NCBI GenBank assembly: GCA_965219685.1 | Contig: CBDCOH010000002.1 | Coordinates: 2,912,001-2,976,000, forward strand | Length of the DNA stretch: 64,000 bases | Source of the DNA: Candidatus Spongiisociaceae bacterium | GTDB lineage: Bacteria; Actinomycetota; Acidimicrobiia; Spongiisociales; Spongiisociaceae | Direction: 5' to 3' | Shown here: positions 1 through 10,316 of the stretch, one piece after another | Numbering within the stretch: position 1 is the stretch's first letter | How the letters are laid out: the number at the start of each line of letters is the position of its first letter | The notes under the pieces: generated by a model | Databases searched by the model: none | What the model was told of the DNA's origin: nothing | What the model saw: only the letters and a program-made list of their open reading frames with translations | Translations under genes and position numbers: made by a program

Positions 1-459
1 GGAGGGCTGGTCGCCGTGGTCGACGGATCGGTGATACATCCGACCCTGTCGCCCGACCTGATTCCCATCGTCGCCGTCCCCGGCTTCGAGCTCAGGACCA
101 GTGACTCCAGGAAGATGATTCCCCGTTCGGTGGAGGTCGAGACCGCCGTCCGTACCATCGGTCGGGTGGCGGCCCTGCTGGAGGGACTACGGACCGGATC
201 CGGTCGGATGCTGGACCTGGCCGCGGGCGACGAACTCCACGAGGCCCCCCGAACAGCCTGCAACTCTCACGCCGGACGGCTTATGGCAGCGGCACGGGAG
301 TCCGGAGCGCTTCACGCCTGCCTGTCGGGAGCGGGCCCTTCGATCCTCTGCCTGGCGCGCCGATCCGCGAGGGGTGAGGTGGTTCTCGCCCTCGAGCAGG
401 CAATCGGCATGGGGGGGAGGGTGATGATCCTGGAACCGGACACCTCCGGCGCCCGGTAG
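1..459 (+). CDS. thrB: Homoserine kinase, C-terminal part (5'-truncated by window edge)
   Basis: GHMP kinase C-terminal motif LSGAGPSIL and D-LHE-P-R segment; frame open from window start to TAG 457-459. Confidence 0.8.
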   Translation, partial: GGLVAVVDGSVIHPTLSPDLIPIVAVPGFELRTSDSRKMIPRSVEVETAVRTIGRVAALLEGLRTGSGRMLDLAAGDELHEAPRTACNSHAGRLMAAARESGALHACLSGAGPSILCLARRSARGEVVLALEQAIGMGGRVMILEPDTSGAR

Positions 460-467
460 AAGGACCG

Positions 468-560
468 CTAGTTCTTCTTCTTGTGGCGATTCGCCTTGAT
501 CCGCTTGCGGTACTTGTGCTTGCTCATTTTCTTGCGGCGTTTCTTGACCAGCGAGCCCAT
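468..560 (-). CDS. 30S ribosomal protein bS22 (AURKAIP1/COX24-type), 30 aa; absent from ORF track
   Basis: Manual translation MGSLVKKRRKKMSKHKYRKRIKANRHKKKN*; AAGGAAG RBS upstream of ATG. Confidence 0.9.
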   Translation of the reverse strand: MGSLVKKRRKKMSKHKYRKRIKANRHKKKN

Positions 561-630
561 TAACTTCCTTGCGCGGCGGGATACCCCGATTGTGGCGGGC
601 CCGGCCAAAGGTCGCAAGCGCGGGCGGGCA

Positions 631-753
631 TGGTGAGTGGTGAATGGTGAATGGTGAATGGTGAATGGTGGAGCTCTGACCCATCACTACTCACCACTCA
701 CTACTCACCACTCACTACTCACCACTCACTACTCACCATTCACTACTCACTAC
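631..753. repeat. Inverted pair of heptamer arrays: (TGGTGAR)x5.7, short spacer, (TCACYAY)x10
   Basis: Read directly; right arm alternates TCACTAC/TCACCAC and abuts the PAC2 stop codon (754-756). Confidence 0.95.
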
Positions 754-1602
754 TTACGACTTGGGATTGCGGAGGAAACGCTCGATGTCTTCCACCAGGC
801 GGCGGCCGTCTCCTTGGGATATCGCCCGGCTCTCGCTGTCCTGCTCGAGTCGCTTCACATACTCGACCAGATCGCCGGAATCGGCCACCGCCGATCGAAC
901 CTGGGCCTCGTAACCGGCGACCTCGACGTTGAGTGCCTCGACATCGAACCGCCAACCGATCACATCGCCGAGAGCGAAGAGCAGGGCCCGCGTACCGGTA
1001 GGGCTCGGGTTGCCGGCCAGATAGTGCGGCAGGCCCGCCCAGAGTCCGATCGCTTCCATCCCCTCGACCGCCATGGTGTTGGTTATGACGCCGGTGATTC
1101 CCGTGGGTCCCTCGTATGTGGACGCGTGGATTCCCATCCGCAGGGCGAAGTCGGGGTCGTCGGAACTGCCGAAGATCGGAACCGGGAGCGTGTGGGCTAT
1201 CTGCCCCACGAAAGCCCCCAGCGCCACTGCGCGCCCGACCTCCAGCCGGCGCAGCACCGAAATCACATCGGCACAGAACGCTCGCCAGTGGTGGTGCGGC
1301 TCCTCGCCGACTACGAGGACCAGGTCATGTACGTGTTCCGGAAGGGTGAGACCGAAGAATCCCGTAGCGGGCCAGTGGATCTGCCTCACGGTCCGGTCGA
1401 TGGACACTAGAGGCCGCGTGACCTGGTAGTTGACGTAGGACTCCAGGTCGAGCTTGGCGATCGACGTCTCGTCGTAGTGCTCCATCAGGTAGTAGAGCGC
1501 CCTCGATGCTGCGTCGGCCGCGTCGTTCCAACCTTCGAAAGCGAGAACCGCAACCGGATCCCGCAACGTCGGTTCTTCGAACCACTCGATCTCGGTCACC
1601 AT
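754..1602 (-). CDS. PAC2 (proteasome assembly chaperone) family protein
   Basis: AFEGWNDAADAAS, YEGPTGITG, LPHY..PSP, DIERFLR motifs typical of actinobacterial PAC2. Confidence 0.9.
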   Translation of the reverse strand: MVTEIEWFEEPTLRDPVAVLAFEGWNDAADAASRALYYLMEHYDETSIAKLDLESYVNYQVTRPLVSIDRTVRQIHWPATGFFGLTLPEHVHDLVLVVGEEPHHHWRAFCADVISVLRRLEVGRAVALGAFVGQIAHTLPVPIFGSSDDPDFALRMGIHASTYEGPTGITGVITNTMAVEGMEAIGLWAGLPHYLAGNPSPTGTRALLFALGDVIGWRFDVEALNVEVAGYEAQVRSAVADSGDLVEYVKRLEQDSESRAISQGDGRRLVEDIERFLRNPKS

Positions 1603-1738
1603 GCGGGGGAGAGTAGCCGGATGGCGCCCGGGGGACTAGGGACCCCCGTGGTCCCTTTGGGCAGGCGGTGTGATACGGCGTCGACGCCTGGCCCAGAGCA
1701 CCCCGCCGGTCCACAGGCAGCTAACCACGGCTTACCAA

Positions 1739-3934
1739 CTACCGGACAGCCTGCTCGGGGACCCACCTGCGGATGCGGAGGCTGTTGGCGACCACCGACA
1801 CGCTCGATAGGGCCATCGCCGCCGAAGCAACCATGGGATCCAGCAGGCCGGCGACGGCCAGGGGAATGGCCGCCACGTTATAGGCGAACGCCCACCAGAG
1901 GTTCTGGCGTATCCCCCTCAGCGTCCTGCGGGCGAGATCGATGGCCGTGACCGCGAGGACAGGATTGCCGGACATGAGCGTCACGTCGGCGGTCTCGATC
2001 GCCAGGTCGCTCCCGGTACCGGTACCCATCCCGACGGAGGCGGCCGCAAGCGCGGGGGCATCGTTCACCCCGTCACCGACGAAGGCGGCGGGAGTCCCAT
2101 CCCCCTGCCACGAGTCGATGACGGCCGCCTTGCCCTGCGGGAGCAATCGGGCGTGTATCTCGGTTATGCCGAGTTCCTCACCCACCGCCCTGGCGGAAAC
2201 CTCATGGTCGCCGGTGAGCATGGTGGTCGGAAGGTCGCGCCGTTGAAGGGCCGCTACCGCTTCCGCCGCGGTGGGTCGGACGGTGTCGGTGACGGCCAGC
2301 ACCCCCCTCACCTCGCCTCCCCAAGCGCCCGCGAAGGCGGTGGAACCTCGAGCATGGGCTGCAGCGAGTTCCCGTTCCCACCTCGGAGCGAGGGTGATCC
2401 CACGCTCCGCCATGAGTTCCGGGGTGCCTACCGTCACCTGCACGCCCTCCACGGTTCCCTGGGCGCCCGACCCGGGAAACACGACTATGCCGGTCGCCGT
2501 GGCGGGGGTGACCCCACGTTCACGGGCTCCACGTTCGACTGCCTCTCCGAGGGGATGACCGGTTCCCCCCTCAACCCCGGCCACGCGGGCCAGGAACCCC
2601 GGCTCCGCCGTTTCCACGTGCGTGAGCGCCATCCGGCCGCTCGTCAAAGTACCGGTCTTGTCGAAGGCCACCCGCCGGACCTTCTCCATGCGTTCGAAGA
2701 CCTCCGCCGAGCGGAACACCACCCCGAGTTCGGCACCACGTCCGGCTCCCACCGCGATCGCAGTCGGCGTTGCCAGCCCCAACGCACATGGGCAGGCGAT
2801 GATCAGCACCGCCACTGCACTGCGGAGCGCGGCGGTGATGTCTCCGGTGGCGATCAACCACCCGACCAGCGTCCCGGTCGCCACCAACACCACCGCTGGT
2901 ACGAAGATCCCCGAGACGCGGTCGGCCAGCCGCTGTATCGGCGCCTTCGAGGCTCTTGCTGCCTCCACGATGCGGACCACCTCGGCGAGCACGGTGTCCT
3001 CTCCGATGTGAGTCACCTCGACCACCAGCCGACCGGTCTGGTTGACGGTGCCTCCGACCACGCGATCCCCGGGACCGCGTGCAACCGGGACGGGTTCCCC
3101 GGTGAGCATGGACTCGTCGACCTCGCCCGTACCTTCCACGACCGTGCCGTCCACCGGTATCCGGCCACCGGGAACCACCTCGACGCGGTCGCCGACGGAT
3201 ACCTCCTCGGTCGGCACGGTCACCCACCGGCCGTCGCGAAGTACCCGAGCCTCCCGGCCTCCGAGTTCGAGAAGCCGGGAAACCGCCCGCGAGGCCCTTC
3301 CCTTTGCCCGGGCCTCCAGGTAGCGGCCCAGCAGCACGAACATGATGATGGCGGCGGCGGTCTCGAAGAAGAGGGGTTCGCCGGCCTCCAGTGCCCATAG
3401 CGAGTAGAGCCATGCAGCGAGTGTTCCCACGCTGATCAGCGTGTCCATGCTCGCCCCTCCGTGCTTCAGCCGTTTCCAGGCCACCTGGTGGAAACCCCGC
3501 CCGGCCCACACCACCACGCCGGTGGACAGGGCCGCCTGCACCAGGCCACTCCACTCGGAGGCGGGGCCCGCCATGCCGAGAACGACGGTCGGAACGGCCA
3601 GTACCGCCGCCACCAGGAAGCGTCGCAAACCTGCCCGGCGCTCCTCCGCGTCGCCGGCCTCGATATCCCGGGGCGCCGAACCGGGACGGATGGGGCTCAT
3701 CCCGTAGCCGATCTCCCCTACCGCTTCCGTTATGTGCTCCTCGGAGACTCCTGGCGCAAGCGTGAGACGGGCCTGGTTGCTTGCGAGGTCCACCACGGCC
3801 CCGCTCACACCGTCCTGGTCGCCCAGTACCTGCTCGATCCTCGCAACACAGGATCCGCAGGTCATCCCGGTGACCTTGAAAACGACGTCACGGGTCTCGC
3901 TGTCTCCGAGATACGGAGTGGTCATGGTTGCCAT
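1739..3934 (-). CDS. copA: Cu(I)-translocating P1B-type ATPase
   Basis: [38 protein letters not shown] and MALSS motifs; AGGAGG RBS sets start at 3934. Confidence 0.92.
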   Translation of the reverse strand: MATMTTPYLGDSETRDVVFKVTGMTCGSCVARIEQVLGDQDGVSGAVVDLASNQARLTLAPGVSEEHITEAVGEIGYGMSPIRPGSAPRDIEAGDAEERRAGLRRFLVAAVLAVPTVVLGMAGPASEWSGLVQAALSTGVVVWAGRGFHQVAWKRLKHGGASMDTLISVGTLAAWLYSLWALEAGEPLFFETAAAIIMFVLLGRYLEARAKGRASRAVSRLLELGGREARVLRDGRWVTVPTEEVSVGDRVEVVPGGRIPVDGTVVEGTGEVDESMLTGEPVPVARGPGDRVVGGTVNQTGRLVVEVTHIGEDTVLAEVVRIVEAARASKAPIQRLADRVSGIFVPAVVLVATGTLVGWLIATGDITAALRSAVAVLIIACPCALGLATPTAIAVGAGRGAELGVVFRSAEVFERMEKVRRVAFDKTGTLTSGRMALTHVETAEPGFLARVAGVEGGTGHPLGEAVERGARERGVTPATATGIVVFPGSGAQGTVEGVQVTVGTPELMAERGITLAPRWERELAAAHARGSTAFAGAWGGEVRGVLAVTDTVRPTAAEAVAALQRRDLPTTMLTGDHEVSARAVGEELGITEIHARLLPQGKAAVIDSWQGDGTPAAFVGDGVNDAPALAAASVGMGTGTGSDLAIETADVTLMSGNPVLAVTAIDLARRTLRGIRQNLWWAFAYNVAAIPLAVAGLLDPMVASAAMALSSVSVVANSLRIRRWVPEQAVR

Positions 3935-4219
3935 CAAGAACCTCCTGGCGCGCCGCCCGAACCGGGTATCTCCATCGGCCCCTCCAGGTCTTCCGGTCCT
4001 ACCGGTACCCCGGTTCCAGCGGGTTGAGCCTCTCGTCGGGGTTCGTCCCCGGGCGTCTAACTGTACTTCTGTCGACGACGTCCACCTTGGGTAACAGAGC
4101 CAAGGGCGAAAGCAATCCCCCACCCGGATACTCCGACGGATCTGCGGCCATGGTGGGAGTCCTGGCGATGATACCGGACCGCGCGAGCCGGCGGTACCGA
4201 TCCGGCCACTCGTGACGGG

Positions 4220-5203
4220 CTACAGGGACTCGGGGAAGTGACAGGCCACCGGATGGCCCGCGTCCCGGACCACGAGCGCCGGGGCCTCGGCGGCACAAAC
4301 CGGCTGCGCCTTCCAGCAGCGGGTGCGGAAGCTACATCCGGACGGCGCCCTCTCCGGACTCGGTACGTCCCCGGTGAGGACGATCCGCCGTCGTGCTCTC
4401 TCCATGATCGGATCCGGCTCCGGCACGGCCGACAGGAGGGCCTGCGTGTAGGGATGGCAGGGACTCCCGTAGACCTCGTCCCGGCTTCCCGTCTCGACGA
4501 TCTTGCCCAGGTACATGACAGAGACGACGTGCGCGATGTGCCGCACCACCGCCAGGTCGTGGGCGATGAACAGGTATGCCACTCCAAGCCGGTCCTGGAT
4601 GTCTTGGAGCAGGTTGACGATCTGTGCCTGGATCGACACGTCGAGCGCCGAAACGGGTTCGTCCGCAACGACCAGCGCCGGCTCCAGCGCCAGGGCCCTG
4701 GCAATCCCTATCCGTTGCCGCTGGCCACCGGAGAACTCGTGCGGGTAGAGGTCCAGGTGCTCACCACCGAGCCCCACCGTCCCGAGCAGCGCCTGAGCCC
4801 GGCGCGACCGTTCCGCCCGGTCGTACATGCCGTGGACCCGCCAGGGCTCGGTCAGGATCGAGCTGACTCTCTTGCGGGGATTCAGGGCGGCGTACGGATC
4901 CTGGAACACGATCTGCATGTCCCGTCGCAGCATCCGCAGGGCCTTGCGTCCTGAACGATGTACATCGACCCCACGGAAAAGGACACTCCCGCTCGTCGGC
5001 GCGAGGAGCCGGAGGATCAGCCGTCCCGTGGTGGACGTGCCACAGCCCGATTCACCGACCAAGCCGTGCGTCTCGCCCACATTCACCGCCAGGTTCACTC
5101 CGTCTACGGCCTTCACCGAGCCGACGCGCCGCCGGAGGACCGCACCCTTGGTCAGAGGAAAGTGCTTGGCCAGATCGCGGGTGAGGAGCAACGGTTCAGC
5201 CAT
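4220..5203 (-). CDS. Oligopeptide/dipeptide ABC ATPase (OppF-like); Walker A Lys replaced by Thr
   Basis: GESGCGTST, FSGGQRQRI, ADEPVSALD, C-terminal HPYT..LL / GC.F..RC / VACH; start inferred at MAEPLL. Confidence 0.88.
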   Translation of the reverse strand: MAEPLLLTRDLAKHFPLTKGAVLRRRVGSVKAVDGVNLAVNVGETHGLVGESGCGTSTTGRLILRLLAPTSGSVLFRGVDVHRSGRKALRMLRRDMQIVFQDPYAALNPRKRVSSILTEPWRVHGMYDRAERSRRAQALLGTVGLGGEHLDLYPHEFSGGQRQRIGIARALALEPALVVADEPVSALDVSIQAQIVNLLQDIQDRLGVAYLFIAHDLAVVRHIAHVVSVMYLGKIVETGSRDEVYGSPCHPYTQALLSAVPEPDPIMERARRRIVLTGDVPSPERAPSGCSFRTRCWKAQPVCAAEAPALVVRDAGHPVACHFPESL

Positions 5204-6215
5204 GTATCTCCTCGGCTCGATGGCAGGCGACGCGCCCGGCATATGTCTCGACCGTCCTGAGAAGGGGCATCTCCGCCCGGCACTGCTCAGTCGCGTGGGA
5301 ACACCGGGGGTTGAACGCACAGCCCGGCACCACCTGGATAAGGCTCGGTGGTGACCCGCGGATCGGTTGCAGGCGCAAATGGGGTCCCCGGAGCCGCGGC
5401 ACCGACTCGAGGAGACCCAGCGCGTACGGATGGGCTGGTGCCGCGTAGAAGTCGCTCGCCGGTCGGGTCTCCACCGTCCGGCCTGCGTACATGAGGTGCA
5501 CCCGATCCGCGACTGACGCGACCACACCGAGGTCGTGGGTGATCAGGATGAGTCCCATGTTGTTCTCGGCTTGGAGCCCGGCCAGCAACTCCATGATCTG
5601 GGCCTGCACGGTGACGTCGAGGGCGGTGGTCGGCTCATCGGCGATGAGCACCTTCGGCTCCAGTGCCAGGGCCATCGCGATCATGACGCGCTGCCGCATC
5701 CCCCCGGAGAACTGGTGCGGGTAGTGGTCGGCCCGGCGGTGCGGGTCGGGGATGCCAACCCGATCCATCAACTCGATGGCGCGCCGCCGCGCGGGACGGC
5801 GGGCCATACCGCGATGAGCCCTGAACATCTCCCCGATCTGGTGGGCCACCGTGAACACCGGATTCAACGACGTGAGCGGGTCCTGGAAGATCATTGCCAT
5901 CTCCTCGCCTCGGACCCGGCGCCGTTCCCTGGCTGTGAGTCGGTGCAGATCCCGGTTCAGGAAACGGATCCGATCCGACGTGACCACCCCCGGCGGCGCG
6001 GGAACGATGCCCATGACCGCGAGGGCGGTAACCGTCTTGCCGCTGCCCGACTCACCGATCAGCGCAAGCGTCTCCCCTGCCGTGAGACGTAGGGACACAT
6101 CGGAAACAGCCCGGACGACACGGCCGCCGGTGACGAACCGAACGCTCAGCCCGTCCACTTCGAGCAACGTGTCGCCGACCGTGGGGCGGTCGCCCTCGGC
6201 GCGGATCCCCGACAC
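5196..6215 (-). CDS. Oligopeptide/dipeptide ABC ATPase (OppD-like)
   Basis: GESGSGKT, FSGGMRQRVMIAMAL, ADEPTTALD. Confidence 0.92.
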   Translation of the reverse strand: MSGIRAEGDRPTVGDTLLEVDGLSVRFVTGGRVVRAVSDVSLRLTAGETLALIGESGSGKTVTALAVMGIVPAPPGVVTSDRIRFLNRDLHRLTARERRRVRGEEMAMIFQDPLTSLNPVFTVAHQIGEMFRAHRGMARRPARRRAIELMDRVGIPDPHRRADHYPHQFSGGMRQRVMIAMALALEPKVLIADEPTTALDVTVQAQIMELLAGLQAENNMGLILITHDLGVVASVADRVHLMYAGRTVETRPASDFYAAPAHPYALGLLESVPRLRGPHLRLQPIRGSPPSLIQVVPGCAFNPRCSHATEQCRAEMPLLRTVETYAGRVACHRAEEIHG

Positions 6216-6550
6216 CTCCCCGCTGTCTTGCTGATCGATTCCTACGTTTGCTACTGACCGGAAAGCGTATCACGGCGGTCCCGTGCAGCCTCTGAGATCG
6301 ACTTGTCACCTCAGACGATATTTTCCGTCCAATTTCGGAACTTCTCGTTTGACCTCCCGGTAGAGTCAGGATGGCTAGACCGGCACCTGGAGAAGCCTTG
6401 GAAGTGTGTGCGCGGTCCCTGGAAGAGGAAACAACGACAACCCGGTGGCACGGATGATTCCCGCCGGCCCTCGGGGCAGCCGACATCGCACGCTCCTCCT
6501 TCGACGACCAGTGATTCCTTTGGGACGTTGAGCAAGCGATGGGAGACAGC

Positions 6551-8320
6551 ATGTACAGGAAGGCACTCAAGTTCCGTTGGGTGGCCGTTATCGCGGCGCT
6601 GACCCTGATCGCGGCGGCGTGTGGAGAGGACGCCGAACCGGCACCTCCGACCGCCGCTCCGGCAACTGCAGCACCAACCACCGCGGCGCCCACAACCGCC
6701 GCACCGACGACCGCGGCGCCTACAACCGCCGCACCGACAACGGCGGCGGCGACCGAGACACCGACCACCACCGAGGCACCACCACCGCCTACCAAGCCAC
6801 CCACCACCACTACGGAGCCCGGGACGGAGATACGCAGGGGCGGGTCGCTCGACACCTTCACCTACGGAGACCCCGGGGGCTTCGATCTGCACATGATCTA
6901 CTCCAGGTCAGGCCATTACGCGGTGCCTGTGTTCAACAATCTCGTGACGTTCAGCCTGCTCGAAGCCGATGCATCCGTGGAGAACCTGGTGGGTGACCTG
7001 GCGACATCCTGGACGGTGAGCGATGACGGTCTGGAGTACGTCTTCACGCTCGCGGAGGGCGTGACCTGGCACGACGGCGAGGCCTTCGACGCGGACGACG
7101 TCGTCTACAGCCTCACCAAACTTGCCGATCCCGAACGCAGCGCCCTTGCCAGCACTTTTGCGGCTTTCGAGCGTGCGGAGCAGGTCGACAGCCACACGGT
7201 GAGGGTGACGCTAGGTGCGCCTTCGCCCAGCTTCCTGCTGCAGCTCGGCGGGCCCTATGCGGTCATGCAGGCGGAGCATCTGGCCGGAACTGACGGGAAA
7301 TCCACCGACTTCCTGGTCGGCACCGGTCCGTGGCTCTTCAAGAACTACCAGGAAGGGGTAAGTCTTGAGTTCGAGCGCAACCCCAACTACTTCAAGCAGG
7401 GCTTGCCCTATATCGATACCTATACCCGGTTCATCCTCGGGGACGGTGTCGAACCGTTCCTGAGCGGGCGGCTCGACATCTCCCAGGCGAACACGCTCGA
7501 TGAGATCGACCAGATCAAGGACGCGATCCCCGGCGCACAGTTCTATCCGGAGACGACACCGTCGACCGAACTCCAGTGGTTCAACATGAACCTTGCCCCA
7601 ACCGACGACATTCGCGTGCGGAGGGCCATCAGCCTGGTGATGGAACCCGAGGAACTGGCGACGGCGCGGCTCGGATCGCTCGAAGTGGTCCATCCGGGCG
7701 GGATCTTCGGGCCCGGCTGGGCGCTGTCGGCCCAAGAGCGGAACACGCTGTCGGGTATGGCCCGTTCCTTCGAAGAGCGTCTCGCCGAAGCCCAGCAGTT
7801 GATCGCCGATGCCGGCCTCGCCGACGGATTCACCCTCAAGCTGCTGTTCCCGACCGGGGCGGGTGGTATCTATGAACGCACCTTCGCCGTCATTGCCGAC
7901 CGTCTGCAGAGATACCTTCCCGTGACGGTGGAGAGCATCGCCCTGCCGCGCGCCGAGATGCGGGAGCGCCGGGCGTCTGGGGACTGGCACATCGCGTCGG
8001 AGTTCGTGTACGAACTCCTCGGGGATCCTCAGGGCTGGGCCGGGTACTTCACGACCACCGGGGTGAGCAACTTCACCGGGTACTCGAACCCGGTGATAGA
8101 CAACCTGTTCAGAGAGCAGGCCCAGGCCCTCGATCCGGCGGAACGCGCCCGGCTCGTTCAGGAGATCGAACGCCTCCTCGTGGTGGATCAACCGGTCATG
8201 CCATGGGGGGACTTCTACACGACGTGGAGGGTGTGGCAGCCCAACGTGATGAACAACCTGTGGAACAACACCCTCTACGGACCCCAGTGGAGGGCTGAGG
8301 AAGTCTGGATCGACGAATAG
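6551..8320 (+). CDS. Family 5 ABC substrate-binding lipoprotein with TTAAP linker
   Basis: Lipobox IAAAC, GDLATSW..SDDG...F.L..GV.WHDG, GTGPW, VRRAI; GGGAGA RBS before ATG 6551. Confidence 0.92.
   Translation: MYRKALKFRWVAVIAALTLIAAACGEDAEPAPPTAAPATAAPTTAAPTTAAPTTAAPTTAAPTTAAATETPTTTEAPPPPTKPPTTTTEPGTEIRRGGSLDTFTYGDPGGFDLHMIYSRSGHYAVPVFNNLVTFSLLEADASVENLVGDLATSWTVSDDGLEYVFTLAEGVTWHDGEAFDADDVVYSLTKLADPERSALASTFAAFERAEQVDSHTVRVTLGAPSPSFLLQLGGPYAVMQAEHLAGTDGKSTDFLVGTGPWLFKNYQEGVSLEFERNPNYFKQGLPYIDTYTRFILGDGVEPFLSGRLDISQANTLDEIDQIKDAIPGAQFYPETTPSTELQWFNMNLAPTDDIRVRRAISLVMEPEELATARLGSLEVVHPGGIFGPGWALSAQERNTLSGMARSFEERLAEAQQLIADAGLADGFTLKLLFPTGAGGIYERTFAVIADRLQRYLPVTVESIALPRAEMRERRASGDWHIASEFVYELLGDPQGWAGYFTTTGVSNFTGYSNPVIDNLFREQAQALDPAERARLVQEIERLLVVDQPVMPWGDFYTTWRVWQPNVMNNLWNNTLYGPQWRAEEVWIDE
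6646..6752 (+). repeat. In-frame 15-bp tandem repeat encoding (P/A)TTAA x~7 linker
   Basis: Translation PTAAPATAAPTTAAPTTAAPTTAAPTTAAPTTAAA. Confidence 0.9.
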
Positions 8321-8384
8321 CCGGACCTAGCGGTCACCGGCCGAGGCAGACGAACACCGCTCCCGCGGATAGCGTTGGGGTCTG

Positions 8385-9347
8385 ATGCAGGGATACATCC
8401 TCAAGAGGCTGTTGTGGGCGATCCCCACTTTCTTCCTGGCGATCACGGCGGTTTTCTTCGTGATGAACATCCTCCCGGGCGATATAGCCGAGGTCATCAT
8501 CGGCGAAGAGACGGGCGTCGTCGATCCCGAACGCTACGAGGCTCTCCGCGAAGAACTCGGCCTCAACGATCCGGTGATCGAGAGGTACGCGTCGTGGATG
8601 GGGGGCGTGCTCAGGGGCGACCTCGGAGAATCCCTGTGGCGGGGCGAGTCTGTGACGTCGATGATCATCGGCAGGCTCCCCTACACCACCGGGCTGGTTC
8701 TGTTCGCCGTCATCATCAGCATCATCACGGCCATACCTGCCGGCGTCGTGTCCGCGGTCAGGAGGGACACCTGGGTGGACTACGGGCTCCGAGGAGGGGT
8801 GATAGCCGGGATCTCGATTCCTGACTTCTGGCTGGGGCTGTTGCTCCTGACCTGGGTGGTCAGCACTTTCCGCTGGTCACCTCCCCTTGTCTACGCAACC
8901 CTGTGGTCGGACCCATGGGTAGCCGTCCAGCAGTACATCCTTCCGTCACTCGTCCTCGGATTCCGCGCCTCGGCGGGCTCTGCGCGCATGATGCGCTCCG
9001 CAATGCTCGACGTGATGGAGGAGGACTACGTTCGCACCGCCCGGGCGAAGGGCCTGACCGAACGGGTAGTGCTGTTCGTCCACGCCTTGAGAAACGCGAC
9101 CCTGCCGGTGGTAACCCTCTTCGGCACGTCTGTGGCGTACCTGTTCGGGGGAACGGTGATAATCGAGACCGTATTCAACATCCCCGGACTCGGTCTGCTA
9201 CTCATCCAGGCGATAGAACGTCGGGACGTGATCCTTGTCCAAGGCGTAGTGGTCTTCGTGATGGTGGCTGTCCTGGTCACCAACCTCGCGGTGGACATCC
9301 TGTATGCGCGACTGGACCCTCGCATCAGCTACGAGGGCGCACGGTGA
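8385..9347 (+). CDS. Peptide ABC permease (OppB/DppB-like)
   Basis: GDLGESL, EDYVRTARAKGL, ETVFNIPGLG, LDPRI. Confidence 0.93.
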   Translation: MQGYILKRLLWAIPTFFLAITAVFFVMNILPGDIAEVIIGEETGVVDPERYEALREELGLNDPVIERYASWMGGVLRGDLGESLWRGESVTSMIIGRLPYTTGLVLFAVIISIITAIPAGVVSAVRRDTWVDYGLRGGVIAGISIPDFWLGLLLLTWVVSTFRWSPPLVYATLWSDPWVAVQQYILPSLVLGFRASAGSARMMRSAMLDVMEEDYVRTARAKGLTERVVLFVHALRNATLPVVTLFGTSVAYLFGGTVIIETVFNIPGLGLLLIQAIERRDVILVQGVVVFVMVAVLVTNLAVDILYARLDPRISYEGAR

Positions 9348-10234
9348 CCGACCACCGATCGACCGGTTCCGCGTGGATCTCCCGTTCCCGCCGTCGCCGG
9401 AGTCGCCCCGTCCTGAGCTTCACCAGGGAACACCCGTTGGGCGCCGTCTCGGCCCTGATCCTGTTGGCGATGGTGGCCCTCGCCATCGTCGGGCCATGGA
9501 TCACACCTCTCGATCCGACCCAGACAGACATTCCCAACTTGCTGCAGCCCCCCTCGGCCGAGCATTGGCTGGGAACGGATGCAATAGGGCGTGACCTGGC
9601 ATCCAGACTCATGGCCGGAGCGCGTACCGCGGTCCTGGTCGGGCTCACGGCTGCATTCATAGGTACGTCCGCCGGGACGCTCATAGGCATCGTCAGCGGC
9701 TACGTGGGGCGTTGGGTCGACATCTTCCTCCAGCGTGTGATGGACGTGATGATGGCTCTTCCGTTCCTGATCCTGGCGGTTGCGGTGGTGGCGGTGATCG
9801 GATCGTCGATCACCAACGTGATCGCAGTGATCTCTTTTCTCCTCATCCCGCGGGCCAACCGTGTATCGCGTTCGATCACGCTGTCGGTCAGAGAGAGGGA
9901 GTACGTGGAGGGCGCCCGTGCTCTCGGGGCAGGGCCGCTCCGGATCATCTTCGCTCACGTCCTGCCGCAGACCATGTCGGCCTTCATCGTCGTTCTGACG
10001 CTGGCGGTCGGCCAGTCGATCCTCGCCGAAGCCAGCCTGGGCTTTCTCGGCTTGGGTCTCCCACCCCCCCATCCTTCGTGGGGCAGGGAGCTGCACGATG
10101 GCCAGGACTTCTTCCGGAACGCTCCCCACCTCGTCATCTATCCTGGAGTCCTGATCGCCCTCGCCGTATTCGCCGCCAACATCTTCGGAGACGCATTGCG
10201 GGACAAACTGGACCCTCGCTCCGGGTCATCATGA
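9344..10234 (+). CDS. Peptide ABC permease (OppC/DppC-like)
   Basis: HWLGTD..GRD, EYVEGARALGA, EASLGFLGLG, GDALRD.LDP; GTG start overlaps upstream TGA (GTGA). Confidence 0.92.
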   Translation: MTDHRSTGSAWISRSRRRRSRPVLSFTREHPLGAVSALILLAMVALAIVGPWITPLDPTQTDIPNLLQPPSAEHWLGTDAIGRDLASRLMAGARTAVLVGLTAAFIGTSAGTLIGIVSGYVGRWVDIFLQRVMDVMMALPFLILAVAVVAVIGSSITNVIAVISFLLIPRANRVSRSITLSVREREYVEGARALGAGPLRIIFAHVLPQTMSAFIVVLTLAVGQSILAEASLGFLGLGLPPPHPSWGRELHDGQDFFRNAPHLVIYPGVLIALAVFAANIFGDALRDKLDPRSGSS

Positions 10235-10316
10235 AGACGCAACAGCAGCCCACCGCCCGTTCACGCGGCCCGGCGAAAGGCCGGAGACCACCCACATCCC
10301 GGAAGCGAGAAAAAGA

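Noticed and set aside
631-753. Heptamer arrays as CRISPR arrays
   Set aside because: Units are 7 bp and contiguous with no unique spacers; no cas genes in the window.
651-1410. His/Thr-rich ORFs (THHSPLTTHH...), also at 20223, 45891, 53655, 55664
   Set aside because: Translations of the stop-free strand of heptamer arrays, or antisense shadows of real genes.
3935-4220. CsoR operator upstream of copA or copZ
   Set aside because: No convincing TACCCC-N-GGGGTA palindrome found by eye.
6646-6815. TTAAP repeat as a novel element
   Set aside because: Ordinary flexible linker of actinobacterial lipoproteins.
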